DNA of 60,372 nucleotides from Bacteriovoracaceae bacterium (GCA_049599895.1 JBMYPC010000002.1:1-60372), one strand, 5' to 3'; positions 1-10,009 are shown, numbered from the stretch's first letter. Notes: generated by a model from the letters alone, not told the origin. A program made the numbers and translations.

Positions 1-75
1 TTGGGCCATTAATGGAGTGAGAAAGAAGATATGGAAGGCGAAAATGTAAGAAATTAGCTTTTTAGAGTTCTGCAT
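1..75 (-). CDS. N-terminal fragment (signal peptide) of a secreted protein running off the left edge
   Basis: ATG at 75 on the minus strand opens MQNSKKLISYIFAFHIFFLTPLMAQ with no stop to base 1; basic N-region, hydrophobic core, LMA cleavage-like site. Confidence 0.6.
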   Translation of the reverse strand, partial: MQNSKKLISYIFAFHIFFLTPLMAQ

Positions 76-204
76 TGCGCTAAGGTGCAACAATTTTAAA
101 TAATTCGAAATCAACCTTGTCATTTTTACAGACTATAAGTCGATGTAAGATTATGCTAAAAGCCTGAATTGAATATTCTCCTTATTTTGAAAAAAGTTAT
201 TGCC

Positions 205-615
205 ATGAATTTAGAATTATCGACCCCTGCTCTGCTCTTTCCAGCGATATCGCTATTGATCCTCGCTCATACGAATCGTTTTTTGGCCTTAGCTAAACTT
301 ATACGTGAGCTTTACGGCGAATACCAAAACAATCCTCAAGAGGGCCTGCTCGCTCAGATCAAGCGATTAAAACTAAGGCTCAGTTTAATAAGATGGATGC
401 AGGCATTAGGCATTGTGAGTCTTTTAATTTGTGTTGTTTGTATTTTTTTACTTTTAGAGGGTTCGGGCTACGCTGCACTTATAGGGTTTAAATCCAGCTT
501 GGTGCTTTTGGTTGCCTCTCTCACAATATCGGCAATTGAAATTCAAATTTCTGGTAATGCTCTTAATCTACTTTTAAGCGATCTTAGTTTTAAGTCACTT
601 AAAAAACAGAAATAA
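205..615 (+). CDS. DUF2721-family membrane protein
   Basis: TPALLFPAISLLILAHTNRFLAL N-terminus and several TM helices typical of DUF2721; ATG at 205 preferred over TTG 169. Confidence 0.8.
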   Translation: MNLELSTPALLFPAISLLILAHTNRFLALAKLIRELYGEYQNNPQEGLLAQIKRLKLRLSLIRWMQALGIVSLLICVVCIFLLLEGSGYAALIGFKSSLVLLVASLTISAIEIQISGNALNLLLSDLSFKSLKKQK

Positions 616-619
616 AAAT

Positions 620-2086
620 TTAATTTTCAGCAACATCGTTATTCTTACGACTTTCTTCGATTAATTTATCAAGAACTTTTGCCATGGGTTGTCCTTTATT
701 AGAAGCTGTTATGGAGTATTGTTTCCAACGTAAGGGTATGGAGTCTTTTATGTTCCAGTCATTATAAGATCCAAGATAGGAATCTGCGATACTTTCGGCT
801 TTTGAGTTTTTAACGTTAGTCCATAAAAAATCAGGATGCATCATCTGATACCATTCACCACCGATAATTTCTCTGTTTGCGTTCAATTCAAGATCATAAT
901 AATAGCGAACATTGGCCTCGTTATCGTTATGTTCACCATCTGTCTCTCTGTGGCTTGGTGTTGATTCTAGGGCGTAAATAACATCTGCTACAACACCGAC
1001 AACATACTTTGCTTTTTCTGATCTATAGTTTTGATAAACATCGTTTTCAAAACTATCAATTGCAACTTCTGCTATTTCAAGTTTGTCAGTCTCTTCTTGA
1101 GTTTTGGGATTGAAGTATTGGTAGGAATATTCAATGACTGGTTGATTCCAAACTTCATAGTCATAAGTGGCATCCATAATAAAACTTCTCTTTCGGATAC
1201 CTATTTCATTAACAAGGGCCATGTGAAACGAAGCTGGATTATTGTCATAACATTCATCCTCGATGACTCTGCCATTCTCTTCATCTATCTTTGGCTCTTT
1301 ACTATTACAACGGCCACCTATGAAAAGAGTTGGAGTTCTCACGTTAGCATATAAAAGAGATGCTAGGGCCTTGATATCACTTGGATAAAACTTAATGTCA
1401 GTCACACCGTCAAATGCTTTCACCGTCACGGCTTTCTTTGGCCTTTTGAGATTGTATGAAGCTATCGCCCAACCATGACAGATACCCATCCAGCTCTCTA
1501 CTTCACCATACTTATAATAATACTGAAGTCCTGACTTCCAGCTATACTCGGTGAGGGGAAAGTTTTGTGAACTGAAAAGAAGATCATACTTCTCAGAAGG
1601 CGACATCATATCAATTCTTTTTTCATCCCATAAAAGCGGCGAGGGATTTTCTTTGTAATAATCATAAAGCTCTTTAAATTCAAAGTGGTTCGTGAACTCT
1701 GGATCACTATACCTTGCTCCAAGACCACCTTTAGCGAGTGCCCAATAATCATCAGACCAAGGCCTTTCACTGACTCGTCCAGAAGCCAATTGATAACTTT
1801 CCATCTCGGTTAAGTTTTTTATGATTTCACCTTCGATAACAAAGTTGGCAATATCATCGTTTCGTTTATAACCTGCTTTAAAATTGATATTAGGGAGTTG
1901 TCTTTGGTTTTTAAATTTCGAAAAGTCTTGTTCATCTCGACCGTATTTATAGGTTTTATGAGGAGGTTCCCAACTTGCAGCTTTGGGATCATCTTGAAAT
2001 CTCTCGAGAAAGCTAGCTTTTTCAGAGAAAAGGTTTTTGGCCAAGAATCCACTAAATACGAGTATTAGAATGGCGGTAGTTCTCAT
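620..2086 (-). CDS. Secreted transglutaminase-elicitor (GP42-like) family protein
   Basis: Signal peptide; PWSDDYW, SPSEKYD, catalytic WMGICHGW, DIKAL, NPASFH, EVWNQPV, YDLEL..IIGGEW..HPDFLW motifs. Confidence 0.85.
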   Translation of the reverse strand: MRTTAILILVFSGFLAKNLFSEKASFLERFQDDPKAASWEPPHKTYKYGRDEQDFSKFKNQRQLPNINFKAGYKRNDDIANFVIEGEIIKNLTEMESYQLASGRVSERPWSDDYWALAKGGLGARYSDPEFTNHFEFKELYDYYKENPSPLLWDEKRIDMMSPSEKYDLLFSSQNFPLTEYSWKSGLQYYYKYGEVESWMGICHGWAIASYNLKRPKKAVTVKAFDGVTDIKFYPSDIKALASLLYANVRTPTLFIGGRCNSKEPKIDEENGRVIEDECYDNNPASFHMALVNEIGIRKRSFIMDATYDYEVWNQPVIEYSYQYFNPKTQEETDKLEIAEVAIDSFENDVYQNYRSEKAKYVVGVVADVIYALESTPSHRETDGEHNDNEANVRYYYDLELNANREIIGGEWYQMMHPDFLWTNVKNSKAESIADSYLGSYNDWNIKDSIPLRWKQYSITASNKGQPMAKVLDKLIEESRKNNDVAEN

Positions 2087-2283
2087 AGGATTATTCCTTA
2101 TAATGAAAGAGATAGAGAAAATCTATTCCAGAAATCATAAGTTGTTATTCGTACAAAACAGATCAAGAACTGATTATTCTCAGTAATTTTTATAAAGATT
2201 GGGTCTGCGTTGCGTTAAAACCTGTATAAGTCTAGTGAATTTGTGTTAGTATCGATTTGTTTAGATTGATCGGAGTTTTTGAA

Positions 2284-2493
2284 ATGGCAAATTGTCGCTA
2301 CTGTGGAAAAGAAATTGTTTGGGTTCTTGAAGGAAAAAAGAAAGTTCCTCTTGATATGGATGGTGGCAAACATCAATGCGAGGAATTTAAAAACGCACGA
2401 AATTCTTTTAAAAAACTCACTCCAACAGACATAGATCCAGATATTTTAAAACAATATCAAGACAGCATGAATAAGGCCGCCAACAAAAAATAA
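2284..2493 (+). CDS. Small zinc-ribbon protein
   Basis: GGAG RBS then ATG 2284; CRYCGKEIVW...HQC metal-ligand pattern. Confidence 0.7.
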   Translation: MANCRYCGKEIVWVLEGKKKVPLDMDGGKHQCEEFKNARNSFKKLTPTDIDPDILKQYQDSMNKAANKK

Positions 2494-2723
2494 GCTAAGC
2501 CGCCTTCTTGTAATCCTCTATCTCACGAGAAACATCTGATTAGCCAATTGCAACATAGACATCACGGCGAAGCGTTAACTTCACCACAAGTCGGACAAAT
2601 TTAACCGCCCCAAGCACCTAAAAACCCGTATCTTATACTCATAGCGTCTACACATAAGCTTTTGGAATTCATACCATTACCGATTACCAATTTTACAAGC
2701 TTAATGACTTAAGGATGTTGATA

Positions 2724-4202
2724 ATGACGTCAGTGGAAATACCTAACGAAAAAATGAACTGCCAAAACTTCACCAATGGAGAATTTGTAAATGGCAGCGG
2801 TGATCAATTTGATATTCACTCACCTTATAATGGCGAAGTAATCGGAACTTCAAATTCATCGACTAAAGAAGATGTGGACAAGGCCATTGAGTTTGCTGAT
2901 TTGGCCTTTCACAAATGGAAACAAACGCCTTTAAAAGAACGAACAAAAATAATGTTTGAATTTCGAAATCTTCTTTTAAGGGATATCGAGAGTCTTTCCC
3001 ATATTGTTTCTGCGGAAAATGGAAAGACTCACGCAGAATCAAAAGCAGGAATCCTTAAGGGGATTGAAGTTTTAGAGTTTGCTCTAAGCTTACAAAACTT
3101 AGATTCTGGGGCAAAAATGGAAGTGTCTCGTGGTGTTCAATGTGAATACCGAAGAGAACCCTTAGGTGTTGTTGCTAATATTACCCCTTTTAATTTCCCA
3201 GCGATGGTCCCTATGTGGACTCTTCCCATTGTGATCACACTTGGAAACTCATATGTCTGGAAACCATCTGAAAAAACACCTCTTACCTCTCACTATATGG
3301 CAAAGCTTTTTAAAGAAGCTGGTCTTCCTGATGGTGTCCTCACTGTTCTTCAGGGTGAGAAAGAATCAGTTAATGCCATTATTGAACATCCAAAAGTCAA
3401 AGCAGTGGGTTTTGTCGGTTCAACTAAAATTGCAAAACTTGTTTATTCTAAAGCCACGAGCTTAGGAAAAAGGGCCCTCGCTCTTGGTGGAGCAAAGAAC
3501 CATATCATCCTTCTTCCAGACGCTGACAATGAAATTTCTGGCCGCGGAATCAGTGATTCATTCACTGGCTGTGCAGGTCAGAGGTGTATGGCCGCAAGTG
3601 TTCTTCTTGCAGTTGGCGACACAGACACTCAAATTGAACACATTGTAAAAAGAGCAAAGTCCAATGAACTTGGAAAAAGCATGGGTGCCATTATCACTCA
3701 AAAACAAGTTCAGTTTCTCAATGATTCAATTGCTCAAGCAGAAAAAGATGGAGCTAAAATTTTACTCGATGGAAGAAAGACCCAAGTTCCCAGTGAATAT
3801 GAAAAGGGATTTTGGGTGGGGCCAACAATTCTCGACAATGTAAACCCCGAGAGTGACGCTGCCAGAGTCGAACTTTTTGGCCCAATCATAAGCATCATTC
3901 GCTGCGAGAATTTAACTCAGGCCCTCGAAATTGAAAATCAAACCCCCTACGGTAATGCCTGTTCCGTTTTTACAGATAACGGCGCTCTCGCTGAAAGAGT
4001 ATCTAAAGAAGCCAGCGCAGGAATGGTCGGAATCAACGTAGGTGTCCCTGTTCCTCGTGAACCATTTTCATTTGGTGGGATTAACGACTCTAAGTTTGGC
4101 CATGGAGATATCACAGGAGTTCATTCCCTAAACTTCTGGAGCAATGTGAAAAAAGTCACAACGAAATGGGAAATGCAAAAAGATAATAATTGGATGTCAT
4201 AA
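2724..4202 (+). CDS. mmsA: CoA-acylating (methyl)malonate-semialdehyde dehydrogenase
   Basis: ALDH fold with ITPFNFPAMVPMW, KPSE, FVGST, GGAKNH, GCAGQRCMA, GMVGINVGVPVPREPFSFGG; AAGGA RBS favours ATG 2724. Confidence 0.9.
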   Translation: MTSVEIPNEKMNCQNFTNGEFVNGSGDQFDIHSPYNGEVIGTSNSSTKEDVDKAIEFADLAFHKWKQTPLKERTKIMFEFRNLLLRDIESLSHIVSAENGKTHAESKAGILKGIEVLEFALSLQNLDSGAKMEVSRGVQCEYRREPLGVVANITPFNFPAMVPMWTLPIVITLGNSYVWKPSEKTPLTSHYMAKLFKEAGLPDGVLTVLQGEKESVNAIIEHPKVKAVGFVGSTKIAKLVYSKATSLGKRALALGGAKNHIILLPDADNEISGRGISDSFTGCAGQRCMAASVLLAVGDTDTQIEHIVKRAKSNELGKSMGAIITQKQVQFLNDSIAQAEKDGAKILLDGRKTQVPSEYEKGFWVGPTILDNVNPESDAARVELFGPIISIIRCENLTQALEIENQTPYGNACSVFTDNGALAERVSKEASAGMVGINVGVPVPREPFSFGGINDSKFGHGDITGVHSLNFWSNVKKVTTKWEMQKDNNWMS

Positions 4203-4219
4203 ATATTTGAGGAAAAATT

Positions 4220-5476
4220 ATGAGTGAGCACAAAAGAGTTTCACATGTGGTTCTCACATCACATGCAAACCAAAGTTACAAAGATACATTACCTGTTAAA
4301 TGGGGCGCAAAAGACCCTAAAGAAAGAGGACCCGTAGTCGCGACGATCTCAGACAAAGGCGATCGCAACGCCATTGGAAGTCATAGTGGAAGCTATACAG
4401 TTTATCGCGCCCTTTCGATCGCCTCTGGGGCGTTTCCAAAAGATCATAAACCTGATCTTGAAAATACTGAACCGACAAGTGAGATTCTTCCACAACCTTC
4501 ATGGTTTGATCCAACAAAAATGGTTTCAATTGATCCATGGGGAGCGCATGTTAATGTTGTCTTCAAAGATCTTATTGATAAGGGTCTTAATATTAAACCG
4601 ACAATTGCCGTAACTCAGGCACGCCTTCATATCCCAGAAGTTCAAGAGGCCATTGATAAAGGTCGATTAAAGATTGATGGTGATATTGTTTCAGAAAATA
4701 AAGATGTCAAAGTCACCAAAGTTGCTTTTGAACCTGTATGGCATCTTCCTGAGATGGCGAAAAGGTTTAACCTTGAAGAAGGTGAATTGAGAAAAGTCCT
4801 CTTTGAAGAAACGGGGGGAATGTTTCCTGAGCTCATTACAAGGCCAGATCTTAAAGTTCTGCTTCCGCCAATTGGAAGTACAACCGCCTATATTTTTGGT
4901 GATGTTAAAAACCTTTCAAATCCAGATATAGAACTGACTTGTCGTGTTCATGACGAGTGCAACGGCTCTGATGTTTTTGGATCAGATATCTGCACCTGCA
5001 GACCTTATCTTACCTACGGCGTTGAAGATGCGGCGAGAACTGCTCAACGTGGCGGTGTTGGACTCATTGTTTATTTTAGAAAAGAAGGAAGGGCTTTGGG
5101 AGAAGTGACAAAGTTTCTCGTCTATAATGCTCGAAAAAGACAAGAAGGTGGCGACAGTGCCGCTAACTACTTTCACCGCACAGAATGTGTTGCAGGGGTT
5201 CAGGATGCTCGATTTCAAGAGTTCATGCCTGATATCCTTCATTACTTTGGAGTCAAAAAGATTCATAACCTCCACTCAATGAGTAATATGAAATACGACG
5301 CAATCGTTGGTAGCGGCATTGAAGTGATTAACAGACTCTCAATTCCTAAAGAACTCATTCCTGACGATGCCCAGGTTGAAATTGAGGCGAAAAAAGCTGC
5401 AGGATATTTCACTCCAGATGATGTTAAAGACGATAATGAACTTCAAAAAGTTCAAGGTCGAAAACTAGAGGAATAA
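4220..5476 (+). CDS. urc1: URC1/Urg1-type GTP cyclohydrolase II-like protein (uracil catabolism)
   Basis: Long N-terminal extension (WGAKDPKERGPVVAT, RNAIGSHSGSY) plus RVHDECNGSDVFGSDICTC Zn site and RKEGRALGEVTKFLVYNARK, diagnostic of URC1 rather than RibA. Confidence 0.9.
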   Translation: MSEHKRVSHVVLTSHANQSYKDTLPVKWGAKDPKERGPVVATISDKGDRNAIGSHSGSYTVYRALSIASGAFPKDHKPDLENTEPTSEILPQPSWFDPTKMVSIDPWGAHVNVVFKDLIDKGLNIKPTIAVTQARLHIPEVQEAIDKGRLKIDGDIVSENKDVKVTKVAFEPVWHLPEMAKRFNLEEGELRKVLFEETGGMFPELITRPDLKVLLPPIGSTTAYIFGDVKNLSNPDIELTCRVHDECNGSDVFGSDICTCRPYLTYGVEDAARTAQRGGVGLIVYFRKEGRALGEVTKFLVYNARKRQEGGDSAANYFHRTECVAGVQDARFQEFMPDILHYFGVKKIHNLHSMSNMKYDAIVGSGIEVINRLSIPKELIPDDAQVEIEAKKAAGYFTPDDVKDDNELQKVQGRKLEE

Positions 5477-5479
5477 TTA

Positions 5480-6706
5480 ATGGAGTTAACAAAAGAACAA
5501 GTTGATTATCTTCTTTCCCCTAAAGCGATTAGAGAAAGAACGAAAGGAATCTACGAAAGAGCGCTGAATGATAAGACTCACTTTCAAATTCACGAAGAGA
5601 AATTAAAACAAGTCTCTGACTTTGTCCTTGAGACGATTAAAGAAAACTACCCAGACCTCAAGATCCCCTTTCACTCAAGATGGGGTCATTTTAAAGTTGG
5701 GGGAATTAACAGAGTCGACAACCTCGATCAATCTCTTGAAAAAACAGACTTAACTCCACTGCAAAAGGCGAAAGCAAAAATTGATCTCGTCGTCACATCG
5801 GTCTTACTAGATGCCGGTGCTGGTCCTGACTGGAGTTATCATGAAGAGTCATCTAAAAAAGAATTCAATCGCTCAGAAGGACTTGGCGTCGCAAGCTTTT
5901 ATATGTTTCTTGAAGGACGCTTCTCTGGCCTCGAGACAAACCCTCTTCAAGCAGACATGAAAGGCCTAAAAGGCCTAACGACCCAGACTTTTAAAGATTG
6001 TTTTCAAGTCAAAGAAGACAACCCGCTTGTTGGTGTCGAAGGACGTGTAAACCTCATTAATTCTCTAGGAAAATGTATTGAAAATAACAAAACGTTTTTT
6101 CCAGATGGAAGAGTTGGTGGGCTCCTTGATTACCTTCAATCAAACTTTGGTAATGAAGTTGAGGCCCAAGATCTTCTGAAATCAGTCCTTCTTTCTCTAG
6201 GATCAATTTGGCCAGGGCGAATTCAAGCAGGAGATGTTCATCTTGGAGACGTTTGGAAACATTCTCTTCTTGATGAAAAAGAAGGTTTTGATTCTCTTGT
6301 TCCTTTTCATAAGCTTTCACAATGGCTTACCTATTCCCTAGTTGAACCGATTGAAGAGGCCGGATTTAAGATTTTAAACCCACATCATCTCACCGGACTT
6401 GCTGAATACCGTAACGGTGGCCTTTTAATTGATAAGGGTCTTATTTCATTAAGAGATCCAGAACTTCTGAAAGTTTCCCATAAACCTTCAAGTGAAATTA
6501 TTATCGAATGGCGCGCCCTCACTATAACTTTACTTGATCAAATTGCTGATATTGTCAGAGAGTCATTAGGTTTTAGCGCTAAAGAGTTTCCCCTAGCAAA
6601 AGTTTTAGAAGGTGGAACTTGGTGGGCCGGACGCAAGGCCGCAAAAGAAAAAAGAAGTGATGGAACGCCTCCATTAAAGCTTGATAGCGATGGAACCGTT
6701 TTTTAA
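5480..6706 (+). CDS. urc4: URC4/Urg3 (DUF1688) family protein
   Basis: IPFHSRWGHF, SVLLDAGAG..W, RSEGL, PFHKLSQWLTYSL, LTGLAEYRNGGLL, KVLEGGTW, SDGTVF C-terminus. Confidence 0.92.
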   Translation: MELTKEQVDYLLSPKAIRERTKGIYERALNDKTHFQIHEEKLKQVSDFVLETIKENYPDLKIPFHSRWGHFKVGGINRVDNLDQSLEKTDLTPLQKAKAKIDLVVTSVLLDAGAGPDWSYHEESSKKEFNRSEGLGVASFYMFLEGRFSGLETNPLQADMKGLKGLTTQTFKDCFQVKEDNPLVGVEGRVNLINSLGKCIENNKTFFPDGRVGGLLDYLQSNFGNEVEAQDLLKSVLLSLGSIWPGRIQAGDVHLGDVWKHSLLDEKEGFDSLVPFHKLSQWLTYSLVEPIEEAGFKILNPHHLTGLAEYRNGGLLIDKGLISLRDPELLKVSHKPSSEIIIEWRALTITLLDQIADIVRESLGFSAKEFPLAKVLEGGTWWAGRKAAKEKRSDGTPPLKLDSDGTVF

Positions 6707-6731
6707 AAATAAAATTGAAACTGGAGCAAAT

Positions 6732-7355
6732 ATGAACTTTCATCAAATTTCTCATCCCGTGATTTCACATAAATTGAGTTTCCTTAGAGACAAGGAAACT
6801 AAGCCTCAAGAATTTAGAGGCATCATGAATGAACTCAGTCGAATAGTGGTCTACGAGGCCACAAAAGATCTTTCAACCACATCAATATCTGTTGAAACCC
6901 CTATCTCAAAAGCAAACTGTGAAAGAATTGAAGACAAACCCATCCTTCTTTCTATTATGAGAGCTGGCAATGGCATGCTTGAAGGGGCCCTTTCACTACT
7001 TCCTTTTGCCAGTACAGGTCATATAGGAATTTATCGGGATAAGTTCATTGGAAACACTGTTGAGTATTATTTTAAACTTCCAAAAGACTACAAAAATCAC
7101 CCTCTGATTCTTATGGATCCACTAATTGCCACAGGCGACACCATTCTTGCTTGTTTAGACAGAATTAAAAACTACGAAGTTGGAAAAATTAAAATTGTCT
7201 CAATACTCGTCTCTCCACTCGCTCTTGAAAAGATCGAAGAGTTTCACCCAGATGTGGAAGTTTATGCTGTATCCAAAGAAGAAGGTTTAAATGACAAAGG
7301 TTATCTCTTGCCAGGTATTGGCGACGCAGGAGATCGCCTTTATGGAATCCAGTAA
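6732..7355 (+). CDS. upp: Uracil phosphoribosyltransferase
   Basis: HKLSFLRD, SIMRAG, GHIGIYRD, DPLIATG, GYLLPGIGDAGDRLYG; GGAG RBS before ATG 6732. Confidence 0.93.
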   Translation: MNFHQISHPVISHKLSFLRDKETKPQEFRGIMNELSRIVVYEATKDLSTTSISVETPISKANCERIEDKPILLSIMRAGNGMLEGALSLLPFASTGHIGIYRDKFIGNTVEYYFKLPKDYKNHPLILMDPLIATGDTILACLDRIKNYEVGKIKIVSILVSPLALEKIEEFHPDVEVYAVSKEEGLNDKGYLLPGIGDAGDRLYGIQ

Positions 7356-7357
7356 GG

Positions 7358-7993
7358 ATGAAATCTCATAAACAACCCTATATTGTCGGGATCGCAGGAG
7401 GAAGTGGCTCAGGAAAAACCACCTTTGCCAGTAGATTAAAGGAGAGATTTGAAAATCAATATCCTCACCTCACCTGTAAAATCCTTCTCCAAGACAATTA
7501 CTATATCGATCAAAGTCATAAGTTTGATCACGATGGCGGATCAGTTAATTTTGATCACCCCGAAAGTTTGGACTTTGACCTTATGGCAACACATCTTAAG
7601 CAAATAAAACGAGGTCAAAGCATCGAGATACCTCAATATGACTTTAAAACCCATACAAGGCAGAAAGAGACAAATCACTTAAGCGCTCCAGACGTTCTCT
7701 TAATTGACGGCATCCTCATCCTTCATCCAGAAAATGTATCTAATGAGTTTGATCATTCAATCTTTGTCGAGGCCCCAGAAGATTTGAGATATTCAAGACG
7801 TCTCAAAAGAGACGTGGAAGAAAGAGGACGAACACCAGAAGGGGTTCAAGAGCAATTTCAAAAACAAGTCAAACCAATGCACGACCATTTTGTTGAACCG
7901 ACAAAACTTAAGTCAAATCTTAGAGTCACCGTCGAAAGCTTCGACGACGACCTTGAAATAACATTCAAGTATTTACTTGAAAAACTTAGCTAA
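7358..7993 (+). CDS. udk: Uridine kinase
   Basis: GIAGGSGSGKTT P-loop, QDNYY, NFDHP, YDFKTHTR, RRLKRDVEERGR, KPMH..FVEP. Confidence 0.93.
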   Translation: MKSHKQPYIVGIAGGSGSGKTTFASRLKERFENQYPHLTCKILLQDNYYIDQSHKFDHDGGSVNFDHPESLDFDLMATHLKQIKRGQSIEIPQYDFKTHTRQKETNHLSAPDVLLIDGILILHPENVSNEFDHSIFVEAPEDLRYSRRLKRDVEERGRTPEGVQEQFQKQVKPMHDHFVEPTKLKSNLRVTVESFDDDLEITFKYLLEKLS

Positions 7994-8005
7994 CTTTATA
8001 AGCCT

Positions 8006-9919
8006 TTACGACAAGTCTTTATGTCCCTGAATTAAACCTTCAACAACTGCAGGGTCTGCTAAAGTCGAAATATCTCCAAGCTGTTTATATTCGCCACCTG
8101 CAATCTTACGAAGAATTCTTCGCATCACTTTTCCACTTCGAGTTTTAGGAAGGCCAGTGCAGATTTGAATTTTATCTGGGCGGGCGATTTTACCAATCTC
8201 TTTTGCCACAAACTCCGTTGCTGATTGAATCACTTCATCAGTGGCCGTGGAATCTTCTTGTTTTATAATATAAGCGAATATTCCCGTCCCTTTGATTTCG
8301 TGATCGAAACCAACGACTGCCACCTCTCCCACAAGAGGACATTTCATAATCGCTGATTCAATTTCTGCTGTTCCGAGTCTATGCCCTGAAACATTGATCA
8401 CATCATCAATTCTTCCTGTGATCCAATAATCTCCTGACTCATCTCTTTTTGCTCCATCTCCGGCAAAATAAAGACCTTGATATTGAGAAAAATAGACTTG
8501 AAGATAGCGATCGTGATCACCATAAATTGTTCTCGCCTGACCAGGCCACGGGTTTCTCAAACAAAGTGCCCCTTCTTTAGCGTTACCAATAAGTTCTTCA
8601 CCAGTAGAAGCTTCAACTAAAAGGGGATCAATGCCATAAAGTGGTCGAGTTGCTGAACCAGCTTTTAAAGGAGTCACCCCAGGAATTGGAGAAATTAATA
8701 TTCCACCGGTTTCTGTTTGCCACCAAGTATCCACAATAGGAGTTTGATTTTTTCCGACCTTGTCATAATACCAATGCCAAATTTCAGGGTTGATAGGCTC
8801 ACCGACCGTTCCTAAAACTTTCAGACTCTCTCTGGAAGTTCCTTCAAGATAGCTATCTCCTTTTTGAGCTAAGGCCCTTAATGCTGTTGGTGCTGTATAA
8901 AAAACATCAATTTTTAAATCATCAATAATTTTCCAATACCTTGAAGCATCAGGGTAAACTGGAGTGGACTCAAACATAACTGTCGTTACTCCATTGGCAA
9001 GCGGTCCATAAACGATGTAGGAATGACCTGTAATCCAACCAATATCGGCAGCACAAAAATACTGCCGCTCAGAGCCTTGAGGGCAAGCAAAAACATTCTC
9101 ATGGGTAAAAGAAGCATAAGTGAGATAGCCACCACTAGTATGGAGTAGCCCCTTAGGTTTTCCAGTTGAACCAGATGTATAAAGAATAAAAAGAGGTGTT
9201 TCAGCAGCAAAGCTTTCTGGAATATGTTGGAAGGATTTCCCTTCAATTAATTCATCCCAATCAATATCGCGGGAACCTGAAGCCACTTCAGTATCAGTAT
9301 ATTTTTTAACAATCACTTTTTTTACACAATCAAGACCCTTTATCGCCTCGTTAGTAATTTCTTTAAGTGGGATTGCTTTTCCTCCTCGAAGACCTTCGTT
9401 AGAAGTAATGACGATTTCTGACTGGCAATCTTCAATTCGGTCTCTCAGGGCCTTGGATGAAAAGCCTGCAAAAACCACAGAATGAATCGCACCAATTCTC
9501 GCACAAGCAAGCATCGCAACAGGAAGCTCTGGGATCATAGGAAGGTATAAGCAGACACGGTCACCTTTTTTTACACCAAGATCAATTAAGGCATTAGTAA
9601 ACTGACAGACTCTCTCTTTGAGATCTTTAAAACTAATTCTTTCATATTCGCCAAGCTGGTCTTTGGCCCAAATAATAGCTGTTTTATCAGGAGTTGCTTT
9701 TGCATGGCGATCAACACAGTTCACACTGACATTCAGTTTGCCATCTTCAAACCAAGTGAAGCTTCCTTCTTTGTAACCACCAGTAAGACTTTTTTTAGGA
9801 AAGAGATCCCAGTCAAGTCGCTTTGCTTTATCAAGCCAAAAATCGGGACTTTTAAGTGACTCTTCATAATCGTTCAAGTAAGCTTCAAATTGAGCTGCAT
9901 CACCTTGATAAGTATCCAT
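8006..9919 (-). CDS. acs: Acetyl-CoA synthetase (AMP-forming)
   Basis: YTSGSTGKPKG, ADIGWITGHSY, DTWWQTETGG, GRIDDVINVSGHRLGTAEIE, LPKTRSGKVMRR. Confidence 0.95.
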   Translation of the reverse strand: MDTYQGDAAQFEAYLNDYEESLKSPDFWLDKAKRLDWDLFPKKSLTGGYKEGSFTWFEDGKLNVSVNCVDRHAKATPDKTAIIWAKDQLGEYERISFKDLKERVCQFTNALIDLGVKKGDRVCLYLPMIPELPVAMLACARIGAIHSVVFAGFSSKALRDRIEDCQSEIVITSNEGLRGGKAIPLKEITNEAIKGLDCVKKVIVKKYTDTEVASGSRDIDWDELIEGKSFQHIPESFAAETPLFILYTSGSTGKPKGLLHTSGGYLTYASFTHENVFACPQGSERQYFCAADIGWITGHSYIVYGPLANGVTTVMFESTPVYPDASRYWKIIDDLKIDVFYTAPTALRALAQKGDSYLEGTSRESLKVLGTVGEPINPEIWHWYYDKVGKNQTPIVDTWWQTETGGILISPIPGVTPLKAGSATRPLYGIDPLLVEASTGEELIGNAKEGALCLRNPWPGQARTIYGDHDRYLQVYFSQYQGLYFAGDGAKRDESGDYWITGRIDDVINVSGHRLGTAEIESAIMKCPLVGEVAVVGFDHEIKGTGIFAYIIKQEDSTATDEVIQSATEFVAKEIGKIARPDKIQICTGLPKTRSGKVMRRILRKIAGGEYKQLGDISTLADPAVVEGLIQGHKDLS

Positions 9920-10009
9920 AAGAACTCCTCATAAATAACCGGGTATTCCCATCCGCATTATTAAAATTTTTCTCTGCTCGTCTACTGATTTAAGCTAGAA
10001 TGATAACCA

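Noticed and set aside
2494..2612. tmRNA (GGGGCG start and ...YKKAA* tag-like frame on the minus strand)
   Set aside because: Far too short; no GGATTCGAC 5' motif, T-arm or CCA end
4220..5476. Riboflavin ribA (GTP cyclohydrolase II)
   Set aside because: RVHDEC motif, N-terminal extension and DUF1688/upp neighbours mark it as URC1; no rib genes nearby
8006..9919. acs as part of the URC pathway
   Set aside because: Convergently transcribed standard enzyme; adjacency alone is not evidence
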